A DNA stretch of 64,000 bases from Octopus sinensis (lineage: Eukaryota): the NCBI RefSeq assembly GCF_006345805.1, contig NC_043013.1, positions 32,612,001 to 32,676,000 on the forward strand, in the 5' to 3' direction. The translations under genes and the position numbers were made by a program. The notes beneath the pieces were generated by a model. The model searched no databases. It saw only the letters and a list, made by a program, of their open reading frames with translations, and was not told the origin of the DNA. The stretch's first letter is position 1, and each line of letters starts with the position of its first letter. Shown here one piece after another: positions 1 to 13,353 of this stretch.

Positions 1-705
1 TAGGGGACCAATGTTTAACAACAGTCCAGCTGTAAAAACCTTGCCAAAACTGACCTCACCTGTGCTTGTGCCACGAAAAAAACACTTAGTCAACCCTGCT
101 GAGTGGTTGGTGTTATAAGCTGTAAAATTCCTGCCAAAACAGTCTCAGAAATTGGTGCCGGCTTCGGCCTTGTTGGATCTTGTGAAACTGTCCCACCCAT
201 GCTAGCATGGAAAGCGGATGTTAAACGATGATGATGATGATTAATAGGCACTATCAAACAATGCAGATTTAAGTTCAAATATTTCTCCGTGGATGAGGTC
301 TTGTGATATGTGGATATCATAAATCCACTCATTATTATTTTCCTTTTCTATTGTAAACTGTAGTAAAGGCATTATTGAGTTCATGTGATCCAGCAGTGCT
401 TGCATTTCTTCCTGGGGAAGCTGGAATATAAAAAGTGCCGGCTAGATATCTCAGCTGCATGGTTGGTTTAAACGTTGTCCCAAAAACCATTTCCTCAAAG
501 TGTTCCATCTGTGTTGGCCATCACTGGGGAACAACAACATACTTATGGCTAAGCCTTCTTGTCAATGTAGGTCACACCTCTTTTGGAAGTATGTTCATGA
601 CCTTTGGTAATTTGTTGTGCTTAGGAAGACTTGACAAGCCTAATGAAATTGTACTTTTGGCCAGTGCCATGACACAAAACAGCTTCTTTGCTGGTGATGC
701 TTAAA

Positions 706-1055
706 ATCACCTGTGCCGGTAACGTGTATAAGCACCTGTGCTGGTAATGCATATAAGCACCCGTGCTGGTGACACATATAAGAACCCGTGCTGGTGACGC
801 ATATAAGCACCTGTGCTGGTGACACATATAAGCACCTGTGCTGGTGATGTGTATAAGCACCCGTGCCAGCGACGCGTAAAAGCTCCCGTGCCTGCGACGC
901 GTATAAGCACCCGTGCCGGCGATGCGTATAAGCACCCGTGCCGGCGACGCGTATAAGCACCCATGCAGGCAATGCATATAAGCACCTATGCTGGCGATGC
1001 ATAAAAGCACCTGTGCTGTCGATACGTTAAAGTACCCGTGCCGGTGATGTGTAGC
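706..1055 (+). repeat. 25-bp minisatellite, about 14 units
   Basis: Unit like agcacccgtgccggcgacgcgtata recurs every 25 nt (706, 731, 756 ... 1031); related to a SINE-internal motif. Confidence 0.9.
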
Positions 1056-1064
1056 TACCATCTG

Positions 1065-1500
1065 ATAAAGAAAAGGAATCACTTCACATTGAAAGAATAC
1101 AGGCAGCTAACTCAGCAAAGGAGTGATGCACTGCATATGTGTGATCTCCCAGAAATTCTCAAAGCCAGTCTCCCATTAACACCTTTCATCAGTTGTCAGT
1201 GTTCAGTGTATCATTCACTAAATAGGTTCTTTGCAGATGTTATCAACCCTCTAATAGATAAATATCAGCCCTATCTAAATATTTCAACATGACTAGTAGA
1301 CATAATTAAATATAGTCTCATTCATTCCAACAAGATAGTGGGTTTGGATGTGGTGAGCCTATTTACCAAGAATCTCACAGATGAGGCTCTATCGGTTGAG
1401 ATGTAATGAAATTGGATTCTTCAATTGGAGAATGTACCAGTGATCCAAAAGATAACTTGATGAAGATGTTAACATTCAGTGTACAACAAATAACATCATC
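1065..1500 (+). mobile_element. Degenerate Penelope-like element RT fragment
   Basis: Translation LPEILKASLPLTPFIS...SLNRFFADVINPL...GLDVVSLFTK..TDEAL resembles PLE RT motifs (LPKIHK..PLRPIVS...SFDVVSLFT..P..EA); contains stops. Confidence 0.65.
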
Positions 1501-2056
1501 ATCATTGTAGTTGTTTAATGTCAGCTTTCATATTGGCATGAGTTAGACAGCTTGATGGGAATTGGTAAGCTGGAGAGTTGCACCAGGTTCCAATCTGAAT
1601 TTGGCTTAGTTTCTACAGTTGGATGTCCTTCCAAATGCCAACCCCTCTGAGAGTGTAGTGTGTGCCTTTTCCACATCACCGGCACAGGTGCTTTTATGTG
1701 TCATCGACACGGGTGCTTTTATGCGTCACCGGCACGGGTGCTTTCTTATCTTGCAGTAGCTACCATCTCCTACTAGGCTTACTAGTTTTCCTTAGTATTC
1801 CAGTTTATCAATACTAAATGCCTTTTTTTCTGCCTGCTGTAGTATCATTATACTGGTACCATTCTGCAAAGTTCTAATAACCATTCTTTTCCATCTTGTG
1901 GTGATCAGTTTGGAAAGCCTTGCCTTTCTTCAGTGCTTGTCTCACTTTCCATCTGATCTCATCAGACAGACCAGTAGTAAATAGACCTCTTCTAATACAG
2001 TGGTTGAAAGCATGGCTTGTGAATGGCTAAATAATACAATAAGTAACAAATAATAT

Positions 2057-2385
2057 CTAAAGACGCTCATCAGTCTGTCTCATGGTCCCAGTGGACAAAC
2101 TGGAAAAGGCGTTGCCCTGGAGGATGGTGAGGGAGATGTGCTGGAACAGCCACTCTGACTGAAAGGGTTCACACATGCAGATTACCCTCTCCGCTCTGAT
2201 AACGGTGAGCAGAAATGTGGTCTGGGTGCTGAGAGTGTCAGAGCTCTCGTCTCCACTGCTACAGTCTTGACAAATCTGTCAGAGAGCAGCCAATACTTTG
2301 ACAGCTTGCCCTTCTTTGCTTGACAAGCAGCGAATTCCTGGGCTGGCAGCTGAACACACCAGGTTGCTGCTGGAGATTTTATGAG
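2057..2385 (-). mobile_element. CRE-clade non-LTR retrotransposon, C-terminal RLE-domain fragment
   Basis: Minus-strand translation KLSKYWLLSDRFVKTVAVET, then after a frameshift EPFQSEWLFQHISLTILQGNAFS. This resembles the CRE/SLACS end motif KY..L...F...AVET...WLFQRISLA..RGNA. Confidence 0.65.
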
Positions 2386-2984
2386 ACCTGTCCAACCCAT
2401 GCCAACATGGGAAACAGATGTAAGATGATAATTTTATATATCTTCATCGACTTTCCCTCCCCAAAAATTTCGGGCCTTGTGCCTAGAGAAGAAAAGAATA
2501 TATTATGTTAATGAGATCTTGTGTGTGTTGACTAGTTGCAGTTGAACATAGCCTTGTGGTTAAGTCTGTTTTGTATTCACATGGTTCCAAACTCCATCTC
2601 TTTGTGCAATGCAAATAGTGTGTGTCTTCTAGAAAAGCCTTGGGTTTAAAATACTGCATGTGAAATTTGGTAGATGTTAGGGCTCAGAAGCACTCAGTAC
2701 AAGCTTTAAAATGGTTGGCATTAGGAAGGGCTTCCAGCTGTAGAAACCATGTTGAAGCAGATACTGGAGCACAAAACAGTCCTTGGGTCACTCAGATACT
2801 GTCAAACCATCCCAGTCCATGCTAGCATGGAAGAAAGTGGATGTTAATTGATGGTGATGGTGATAATATATGAATGTGTGTATATTGACATTGTTGAATA
2901 AATTTGAATGCAGAAGATCTGTGAAGGTTTGAAGGAAGGAAATGTATTAGACATGTACTGATAAGTAACCTAAAAAAGTGGCCT

Positions 2985-3240
2985 TTAGAGAACAGTTGGG
3001 TATTAAAAGGATTGGTTGATGTATGCAAGAAAGACAACTGCAATGGTTTTAGCCATGTGGTGTGAATGAAAGTGGATGCTGAGTGGGGAAAAACGATTTA
3101 GATACTAACAATAAAGTAAACCCTGGTAGAAGAAGACCAAGCAAAACATGAGAAGCAATGTGGTGAAATCTCAGAATGCTGGAGTTATCAGATGAGATGG
3201 ATAAATCGGGATGAAGAACAGCAGCATGGAAAACCCAGCT
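2985..3240 (+). mobile_element. Highly decayed RTE-type LINE 3' fragment
   Basis: LGIKRIG..MQERQLQWF-like remnant, similar to the RTE fragment at 63400-63585. Confidence 0.45.
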
Positions 3241-3534
3241 ATTCTATGTTAACATCTTTTTATCTTTTACTTGTTTCAGTCATTAGACTGCGGCCATTCT
3301 GGTGCACCACTTGAAGAATTTTTAGTTGAATGAGTTGACCCCAGGACTTTCTTTCTTTAAGCCTAGTACTTATTTTACCAGTGTTTTTTTTTTTTTTACC
3401 TAACTGCAAAGTTACAGGGATGTAAACACACCGACACCTGTTGTCAAGTGATGGTGTGAGACAGTCATACATACATAGATATATAGGTGTGTGTGTGTGT
3501 ATGTGTATACATGTATATAGTGCCCCCTCGTTGG

Positions 3535-3920
3535 CTCCCATGCTGGTGACATGTAAAAAGCGCCATCTGAATGTGGTCGATGCCAGTTCCCCATGACTGG
3601 CTCCCCTACTGGTGGTGCGTGAAAAGCACCATTTGAACATGGTCGATGTTAGTACCCCCTGACTGGCTTCTGTGCCAGTGGCATGTAAAGAGCATGATCC
3701 AGGTGTGGTCAATGTCAGTACCGATAGACTGACTCCCATGCAAGTGGCACGTAAAAAGCACTCACTACACTCACGGAGTCGTTGGCATTAGGAAGGGCAT
3801 CCAACTGTAGAAATCTTGCCAGATCAGATAGGAGCCTGGTGCAGCCTCTTGGCTTGCCAGTCCTCAGTCAAACCGTCCAACCCATGCCAGCATGGAAAGC
3901 AGACATTAAATGATGATGAT
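3535..3920 (+). repeat. 66-bp tandem repeat (4 units) fused to a SINE 3' tail ending in (TGA)n
   Basis: aaaag(c)acc anchor at 3560, 3626, 3692, 3758, followed by ttggcattaggaagggcatcc...aacccatgccagcatggaaagc...tgatgatg. Confidence 0.85.
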
Positions 3921-4541
3921 AATGGGCTTCTTTGAGTTTCCAGTTCCACTCACAAGGCTTTGGCTGGCCTGATACAATAGTAGAAGAGACTTGCCCAAGG
4001 TGCCATGCCTGCATCTTTGGAAAACAAACATTAAATTGCTACTACTGATGATGATGGCCATCAAATGCACAAATTAAAAATTTTCGTGTAACTAAACTGA
4101 AACAGGAAAATAGAAGCAAAAGATTAATTGCCTAATCAGTATTTACCATTTATCAAATGTCTAATTAAGTGTAATTACATCAGGTTAATTAATTGCAGCA
4201 GTTCAGTCTAGCACAGTTTAATTTAAAACATCATAAAGTACCATTTAAGCTGAAGGCATAAATTGACTGTAAACACCAATCTGTTATCTTGTTTATCTCT
4301 TACATGTTTCAGTCGGCTGACTGTGGCCATGCTGGGGCACCATCTTGAAAGGTTTAGTCAGACAAATTGACCCCAGCACTTGTTTTTCTAGTCTGGTACT
4401 TATTCTGTTGGTCGCTTTTGCCAAGCTGCTAAGTTATGGGGACATAAACAAACTAACATTGGTTATTTAGTAGTGGTGGGGATAAACGCAAACATACCAT
4501 GCAACTCATATATATATATATATGCACATATATATCTTCAA

Positions 4542-4878
4542 GTGAAGGCACATGGCTCAGTGGTTAGTGTTGAGCTTGCGATCGTGAGGTTGTGAGTTCG
4601 ATTCCTGGACCGGGCTGTGTGTTGTGTTTTTCGAGCAAGACGTTTTATTTCACGTTGCTCCAGTTCACTCAGTTGTAGAAATGAGTTGTGACATCACAGG
4701 TGCCAAGCTGTATCGGCCCCTTTGCCTTTCCCTTGGATAACATCAGTGATGTGGAGAGGGGAGGCTGGTATGCATGGGCGACTGCTGGCCTTCCACAAAC
4801 AACCTTGCCCGGACTTGTACCTTGGAGGGTAACTTTCTAGGTGCAATTCCATGGTCATTCATGACTGAAGGGGGTCTC
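4542..4878 (+). mobile_element. tRNA-derived SINE (family C here), near full length
   Basis: A-box tggctcagtggtt and B-box gttcgattcc; gagcaagac core. Further copies at 56355-56645 and 60105-60420. Confidence 0.85.
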
Positions 4879-5995
4879 CTATATATCTTCATCATCATTT
4901 AACATCCGATTGGACAGTATGACTGAAAACTGGTAAGCTAGGGAGCTGCACCAGGTTCCGATTTGATTTGGCAAGGTTTCTATGGCTGGATGCTCTTCCT
5001 AATGCCAACCACTCCGAGACTGTAGTGGATGTTTTTTACATATGTAAATATATACACACACACGTACATGTGTGTGTGTGTGTCTATCTATCTATCTGTC
5101 TATTTATATATAAAAAGCCACATCAGATGCCATGACGGTTGTAAGGTGTAGGTACAAGAGGTGGTCAGACTCTGCATAAGGTAGACAACTACCATATATA
5201 AATACACACACACACACATATGATGAGCTTCCATACAGTTTCCATCTACCATATTCACTCACAAGGCATTGGTTGGCCTGAGGTGCTGTACATTAGAACT
5301 GAACAAGCTTCTTAGTCACACAGCCATGTCTTTTTTTTATTATTGACAATAACAATTGGATTTCTTATTGAGCATAACCAATGAATATAACAGAAAATAG
5401 CCGAGTCAATAAATAGCGGAAGTTACTGTTTGTGTGATGGGGGTCAGTTTGTATATTGTTATTGCTTCTCTATTATATGCTTTGTGAAGGCATCTGACTT
5501 GGTAGTTAGAGTATTTGGCTCACAATTGCAATGCCATGAGTTCAATTCCCAGAGATGCGTTTTGCCCTTGAGCAAATCTTTATTTCTCGTTGCTCCAGTC
5601 TGCTCAGCTGGGAAAAATGAGTAGTACTTGTATTTCAAAGGGCCAGCCTTCTCACACCCTATGTCACGCTGAATCTCCCTGAGAACTACATTAAAGGTAC
5701 ATGTGTCTGTGGAGTGCTCAGCCACATGTATTTTAATTTCATAAGCAGGCTGTTCTGTTGATAGGATCGACTGGAACCTTTGTTGTTATAACTGATGGAG
5801 TACCAGTTATTAATATATGCTTTTCTTCTAACACCCAACACTCAAATGGTCAAATCCACCTAGCGGTAAATAGGTTGTTGTCCTGGATCAGCAGTAATCA
5901 TGTCGACATATAGTACAATGGTAGTAGTCAAAGCATAGAAATCTTTATTTTACCAATTATATGTTCCTGAATACCCTGTGACTATGCTTCACTTA

Positions 5996-6388
5996 TAGGC
6001 GTAGGAGTGGCTGTGTGGTAAGTAGCTTGCTTACCAACCACACGGTTCCAGGTTCAGTCCCACTGTGTGGCACCTTGGGCAAGTGTCTTCTACTATAGCT
6101 TCAGGCCAACCAAAGCCTTGTGAGTGGATTTGGCAGACAGAAACTGAAAGAATCCCATCGTGTATATGTGTGTGTGTGTGTGTGTATGTGTGTCTGTGTT
6201 TGTCCCCCCAACATCGCTTGACAACCGATGCTGGTGTGTTTATGTCCCCGTAACTTAACGGTTCGGCAAAATAGACTGATAGAATAAGTACTAGGCGTAC
6301 AAAGAATAAGTCCTGGGGTTGATTTGCTTGACTAAAGGTGGTGCTCCAACATGGCCACAGTCAAATGACTGAAACAAGCAAAAGAGTA
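5996..6388 (+). mobile_element. tRNA-derived SINE (family A here), near full length
   Basis: Head ggcgtaggagtggctgtgtggtaag...ggttcagtccc, internal (TG)n, tail cagtcaaatgactgaaacaag. Many copies, e.g. 8780-9190(-), 16433-16970(+), 20465-20885(-), 49478-49815(-), 56800-57210(+). Confidence 0.9.
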
Positions 6389-8989
6389 TAACATGCAATG
6401 ATGGAGCATACAAGAGGTGTGTTGGTGTTTGTTGTTCAAACCCTGGTCAGCCTAGATTCATTAGATCTATCACCATCATCAGCATCATTTTATGTCCACT
6501 TCTCCATGCTTGTGTGGAGGACAGAATTTGTTGAGGCAGATTTTCTTTGGTCTCCTGTCCTTCTTGTCCTGCTTTTTCCAATAGCCATGTTTCTCATAGC
6601 CATGCATGATATCCGCAGAAGACTGGAAACAATTTACTTAAAGGGCTTTAAATTGATTTCCACATTTGAAATACTGTATTTCGGTCTCACTGAACATGTC
6701 ATAAAAAATATATATAATAATAACAGCAAAAACAAGGTATGCTAGTAATACATATTTCTGGCATAAATTTGAAATATCGTATCACATTCGTCTTCAGTTT
6801 TCACTATCATCTAAGCATGCATTGGGTCAAAGAGAAACACTAATCTGATTTTACTGATATTTGTCTGTCTGTCTGTCTGTCTCTCTCTCAATAGCTCTAT
6901 CCCAGTCTCACTTTAATTATATCAAATGACTGTAGACAAACTCGGCTCATTGCTCTTAACAGACAAGAGACAAAGCCACTGAGAATAACTTGGTTAGTCT
7001 AAGCCAGTACCACTTCTGACTCTGACTAGGAGGCAGATCTTTTATCTTTTACATGTTTCAGTTATTGGTCTGTGGCCATGCTGGGGCACTGCCTTGAAGA
7101 GCTAAGTTGAAAAAAATTCCCCGCCCCCTTCCCAGGGTTTATTTTTTAAATCTGGTACTTATTTTTATAACTCTCTTTTGCCAACCCACTAAGTTACAAG
7201 GACATTAACAAACCAACACTGATTGTCAAGCGGTGCATGGGTGGAAACACATGCATGCATGCACACATGCATGCATGCACACATGCATGTATGCAGTGGG
7301 TCTTCATATAATTTCTGTCTACAAAATTTACTCACAAGGCATTGGCCAGCCTAGAACTATAGTAAAAGCCCAAGGTGCTGTGCCATGGGGTTGAACCCAA
7401 AACCCCATCGTTTCAAAGCAAGTTTCTTAACCATACAGTTGTGTCTATCTGGACTTCTTTACTTGGCTATTCACATAGTTCTTTCTACCTTAACACATTA
7501 CCTAAAATATTGATTGCACTACATTTTAGAAGATAACACCCCTGGAAATTTCTAAATACTGACATTAAACCCAATACATAATTAATAATGACAGAAGCAG
7601 TAATTAATACCAAAAAGTAATCTTGATCTCCAACTTAATGTAGAGGGTATGTTAGAACACAAAATACTGTGTTATTTGTCTTGAGAGGATCTTGCATAAG
7701 GACTCCTGGTGTATAAAAGCATTCAAAATTATATCATTGACAGACAAAAATCATCTGCTATGGCCACTGGAACTGCCAGATCACATGGTTTCACCCTGTT
7801 ATGGGTTCCTCAGTGACAGATGTCCATCAGCACAATAACAGATGAATCTCTGGTCAGTGATATACAGAATATCAGTGTCTATTCAGGCACTGGTGCTGCA
7901 AATAGCCAGTGGACTTGGTGGCCATACCAGATGATTCTCCTCTGTCAACGATATAATTTCAAGTGCCTATAAGCACCGTGAGTCCTTATGAGAGAATCTT
8001 TCAAGGTAAATAATGTAGTATTCTGTGTTGTAATATAACCTCCACGTTAAGTTGGAGATAGAGAAACCCAATGGACTCTTCAGAATGTCTTTACAAATAA
8101 TTTCCCTGTAAGTAACGCCAATGCTTTCTGATACATGATAGAATCTGCTTTGTATGGGTTAGATAGGTCTGTCTAGTCCAACATTCTCATTGTGTGTTTC
8201 TATACTGGATTATACTGAATTATTAACAAGAACTTGTCTCAGTTCTGTGACAAGCCAGACAATAGGAATGGATTTAGACAAAGATGCTAATGAGCATGGT
8301 CAGTGCTATGCAAACATTAATTCATTTGGAATTGTTCAGTCAGAGACAGAATTAAAACGGTTCTTTTCAAAGACTGTATTGAAACATTTCTGTTCTGTAA
8401 TGGTGTAATGGTGGGGGTCTTGGCTATAACAACAGAAGAGATGGATATTGAACATTGTTCTCTTTTATGATTTTTCAGAAACTGCTACTACTACTACTAC
8501 TACTACTACTAGTTGTTGTAATCCTTTCTAAAAGGACTGAAATTTTAGAGTAGTGAGGTGTGGGTGTGGCTAGTCGATTACATTGATCCCAGTATTAAAC
8601 TGGTACTTACTTCATCAATACTGGAAGATGGAAAAGCAAAGTTGACCTCAGCAGAATTTGAACTCAAAGCAAGCATAAAAATGGATGAAATGCCACTATG
8701 GATATCGTCTGGTGTGCTAACAATTCTGCCAACTTGCTACCATAGTAGAAGCTGTAATAATTCTTCTCTTGTTCTTCTAGTTGTTTCAGTCATTTTGACA
8801 GCGGCCATGCAGGAGCATCGCCTTTAGTCGAACAAATCAACCCCAGGACTTATTCTTTGGAAGCCTAGTACTTGTTCTACTGGTCACTTATGCCGAACCG
8901 CTAAGTTAGAAGGCTATAAACACACCAACATTGGTTGTCAAGTAATGGAGGGGGACAAACACTGACACACAAATACATACACACACATG

Positions 8990-9035
<46 letters not shown>

Positions 9036-9437
9036 GTGGGCTTCTATCTACCAAATCCACTCACAAGGCTTTGGTTGGCCTGAGGCTATAGTAGAAGACA
9101 CTTGCCCAAGGTGCCACACAATGGGACTGAACCCAGGAACTATGTGGTTGAGAAGCAAGCTTCATACCACACAGCCACTCCTGCGCCTAATAATAAGAAA
9201 TTTTTTCTAATTTAGGTACAAGGCCAGCAATTTTTTGAGTTGCAGGGCAGGTCAATTACATTGACCCCAGTTCCCTACTGGTACTTATTTCATTGACCCT
9301 GCAAAGATGAACGGCAAAATAGACTTTGGTGGAATTTGAACTCAGGATGTCAGCACCAAAACAAATGCTGCTTAGTATTTAACTTGGCATACTAACAGGT
9401 CTGCTGTCTTCTGCTCATTTTGGCACAGGACCAGCAT

Positions 9438-9468
<31 letters not shown>

Positions 9469-10060
9469 AATATATGTATATACACACATATATATATATT
9501 GTGTATGTCTGTCTGTTTGTCTCCCTTTCCACTGCTTAACATCCAGTATTAGTTTGTTTATGTCCCCTGTAGCAGTTCAGCAAAAGACTCCAGTAGAATA
9601 AGTGCCAGCCCCCAAATCAATAAGTACTGGGGTTGATCAGTTCTACTAAACCCTTCAAGGTAGTGCCCCAGCATGTTGTGTGTGTGTTGACTTTGCCTCT
9701 CATCATCTTCACCATCATTTAATGTCTGTTTTCCATGCTGGCATGGGTTGGATGGTTTGTGAGGAGCTGGCCAGGTGAAGAGCTGTCTGGGCTCCCTGTC
9801 TGTTTTGACATGGTTTCTATGGCTGGATGCCCTTCCTCATGCCAACCCCTTTACAAAGTTACTGGGTATGCTTAAGCAATTCTGGCACGGGTGCTTTTAC
9901 GTAGCACCAGTGCGAGTGCCTTTTACATGGCACCCACAATACTGCAAGATTAGGATTGCTCAGATAAAGAGGGATGTAGGGGACATGCCTGTATGTAAGG
10001 ATAAGGAGAACCATGATTTCACTAAGCTTTCATTTTTTAAATATATTTTTTTTTACCATT

Positions 10061-10472
10061 TTGTCCTACGAAGAAAGGCTGAGGACGCTCGACCTTTATT
10101 CTCTTGAAAAACGCCACCGCCGTGGTGATCTCATTCTCGCCCACAACATCATAAGCGGAAAGTGTAACCTCTCGAAAGAGCTGTTCTTCACTCCTGCTCC
10201 AGAGCGTCGGCTGCGGGGTCATTCTGAAAAGCTCTACCTGCGACGATTTCATCTCAACCGAAGGAGAGGTGCTTTCTCCGTCCGGGTTGCGGATTCGGGG
10301 AACAAGCTGCCAGACGAGATGGTGAAGATGCCGACGACCGCTTTGTTCAAAGCCTCCCTTGACCTCAAGTGGCCCGAACTCTTTACATGAACACCACCCT
10401 GTACCTAACTCCATGTCCCCCTACATGGCTTGCTATTTGCTTTTGAGCCAAATTAACTAACTAACTAACTAA
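10061..10472 (+). mobile_element. CR1-clade LINE, 5'-truncated 3' end
   Basis: SYEERLRTLDLYSLEKRHRRGDLI...RGHSEKL...AFSVRV...KLP...FKASLD is the typical CR1 ORF2 C-terminus, followed by a short 3' UTR and (CTAA)n tail. Confidence 0.9.
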
Positions 10473-10661
10473 GCATCAGTGCCACCGATTCTATAATCTA
10501 CTAACTGGCCCCATGCTGCCAAAAATGACGGCTAATTGTAGTATTTTATATATAAATATGAATGGTGAATCAAATTAATACACTTGTCAGTGTTATCTAG
10601 TGGTTCTCCTTTGAGATGTGACATCGATCATCATTCGTTACTGAAAGAAGTTATTGTAGGA

Positions 10662-10972
10662 GCACTCCGTCGGTTACGATGACGAGGGTCCCAGCTGATC
10701 CGATCAACGGAACAACCTGCTCGTGAAATTAACGTGCAGGTGGTTGAGCACTCCACAGACACGTGTACCCTTAATGTAGTTCACGGGGAGATTCAGTGTG
10801 ACACAGAGTGTGACAAGGCCAGCCCTTTGAAATACAGGTATAACTCATTTTTGCCAGCTGAGTGAACTGGAGCAAGTGTCTTGCTCAAGGACACAACGCA
10901 TCGCCAGGAATCGAACTCACGACCTTACAATCGTGAGTCGAATGCCCTAACCATTAAGCCATGCGCCTTCAC
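10662..10972 (-). mobile_element. tRNA-derived SINE (family C head, alternative tail)
   Basis: Reverse-complement A/B boxes; same body at 5480-5810(+), 23718-24020(+) and 41285-41600(+). Confidence 0.85.
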
Positions 10973-11289
10973 TTTACTGAAAGAACGATGCTTCACACAA
11001 ATGTTCACATACTTCTCTTGTACATGCGCACACATACATATACTCACACAGAGTTGAAAGACTATTTGATTTTTCTTGTCATTGTTGAATGTTCACCATC
11101 CCACTTCCATTGCACACACACACCCACACACACACACACATATACACGCAAACATTCACATACCTTCCTTTTTTTCACACATACTCACACACACATACAC
11201 ACACACAGTTGAAATGCTATTTTGATTTATTGTTTTTCACCATAGAATTTCCATCATCCCACTACCAAGTTTGCCATCACCCCTTCTTT

Positions 11290-11391
11290 CTTGTATGTAT
11301 ATATGTATGTGTATTTGCATGTATGTTTGTATATATGTATGTGTATTTGTATGTATGTTTGTATATATGTATGTGTATATGTATATGTATG

Positions 11392-11422
<31 letters not shown>

Positions 11423-12180
11423 ATATATATATATATATATGTATGTGTATATGTATGTATATATGTATGTATATATGTATATATGTATGTGTATATGTAT
11501 GTATGTATATATGTATGTGTATGTGTATGTATGTATATATGTATATGTATGTGTATATGTATGTATGTATATATGTATGTGTATGTGTATGTATGTATAT
11601 ATGTATGTGTATGTATATATGTATGTGTGTATGTATGTATGTATATGTGTATTTGTATGTATATATCTATGTGTATTTGTACATATATATATGTACATTT
11701 GTACGTATGTTTGTGTATTTGTACATATGTATGTATCATCATCATCGTTTTACATCTGTTTTCCATGCTGGCATGGGTTGGACGGGGTATATGTGTGTGT
11801 ATTTGTATGTATGTATGTGTGTGTATTTGTATGTATGTATATGTGTGTGCATTTTTATGTATGTATGTGTGTGTGCATTTGTATGTGTGTGTGCATTTGT
11901 ATGTATGTATGTGTGTGCATTTGTATGTATGTATGTGTGTGTGTATTTGTATGTATGTATGTATGTGTGTGTGTATTTGTATGTATGTATATGTGTGTAT
12001 ATTTGTATGTATATATGTGTATTTGTTTGCATATTTGTATATATGTATACACATATGCATACTTGTATGTATGAATGCATATATGTATGCTTATTTGTAT
12101 GTGTATGTGTATGTGTGTGTATATTTATACATAAATTTGTGTATATATGCATATATATAATGTTTGTGTGTATGTTTGTA
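11290..12180. repeat. About 0.9-kb compound (GTAT/GT/AT)n microsatellite interrupted by a SINE tail fragment
   Basis: Low-complexity tract read directly; it generates the 150-400 aa Y/V/C/M and H/T/I ORFs. Confidence 0.95.
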
Positions 12181-12696
12181 TATGGTGGCTGCCCCCTCGT
12201 TATCGAGTATGGCCATTGCGTGAAGCTTAATCAATGTTGTTATCGTGCAATGCCTGTGCAAGAAGATTTTTTTTTAAAGTGAGGAAAGGCTGTGCACTGA
12301 GTCATTCCCACTCACTAAGCAACAGCAGCCATAATCCGAAAAGAAGAACAAGTCAACATCATCGGTAACCACTGAGCCGCAGGTTTTATGTTGGAGTTAT
12401 CCCAGTTACCTGAGTTACCTTCTCCTAGAAGGATGCCCTAACAAAGGCTGGGAGTCCTTCACTCTCAATGGTTTAACCGCGCGATCGGGTATTCAGTCCG
12501 ATTATTTCTATGTCCCTGCGCATTATACAACCTAAGACCTTTATTGGATGGCCGTTGACTCTCAAGAGTTCCTCCGCCCTTTGACGGGTTTTGATTTTCA
12601 TCCCGCAGGGTGTCCAATAAAAACCCTCCTCACCAAGTGGGGTTGCCGGTTTAGTCGCCGACGACCCGACCATGCAACAGATTGTACTGGGTTACA
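12181..12696 (-). mobile_element. Unclassified GC-rich interspersed repeat, possibly an RTE-type 5' leader
   Basis: Shares blocks (tattggatggccgttgactc, gccctttga, ttttcatccc, cctcctcacca) with 36905-37026. The family assignment is from recall only. Confidence 0.45.
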
Positions 12697-13306
12697 TGTT
12701 ACCAGTAGCACTCGATTGATACATTTATGTATTCATATATTCTTTGTCATATATATATACGTGTGTGTGTTTGTGTGTATTGTGTATTTGTGTGCTTGTC
12801 TAACATTACTGTGTGTATTTGATGTCCACGTATAAGACTGAGTACAAGTAGCTTACAGTTACCAAGTTACGCCATATTTAGTATCTTTTATCTTTTTATA
12901 CTCTTACCGCTTCAGCACCTTCTTTTCAATTTTATTACCATATAATGACTATTAATCACCTACAAACTCTCCAGTATCACTCCATAAACCCCATTTACGC
13001 AGATAAAGAAATGACCCCCTTAATAATCACACCCCTTTCTAACCTCACTGCAGTTTGTTTAAGGTGAGCAGGCAAGTGATTCGTTGCTTGACTAATTTCT
13101 AGTCCCACTTCCCTTGCCGCTGTTGATATCATATGAATTTCTCTCAGTTTCTCTTGGTGAATAGATTACATCAATGGACTTATGAGTGATAGGTAGAAAT
13201 GTACCTGGAGAAAAGTAACACTGAACATCTATGTTGCACCTTAAACTTGCATAATACATGTTTGCTGTGTCTTTTGAAACACACATACATACATACATAT
13301 ATAAAT

Positions 13307-13352
<46 letters not shown>

Positions 13353-13353
<1 letters not shown>

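Noticed and set aside
706-1055. CRISPR-like regular repeat spacing
   Set aside because: Units are contiguous with no unique spacers, the context is eukaryotic, and there are no cas genes.
435-1082. Repetitive 90-153 aa ORFs
   Set aside because: Products of the 25-bp minisatellite.
4542-4620. tRNA-like A/B boxes in SINE heads, here and at many other sites
   Set aside because: No complete cloverleaf; each continues into a SINE body and is multi-copy and degenerate.
4775-4878. HDV-like ribozyme in the family C SINE tail (GGGCGA...TTCC...ACC TTGCCC GG)
   Set aside because: P1/P3-like pairings exist, but L3 is too long, no P2 partner is found, and the GG pairs better with downstream ATCC.
11089-12282. 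Long overlapping ORFs (up to 397 aa) on both strands
   Set aside because: Translations of a (GTAT/GT/AT)n microsatellite that lacks stop codons; no protein-like content.
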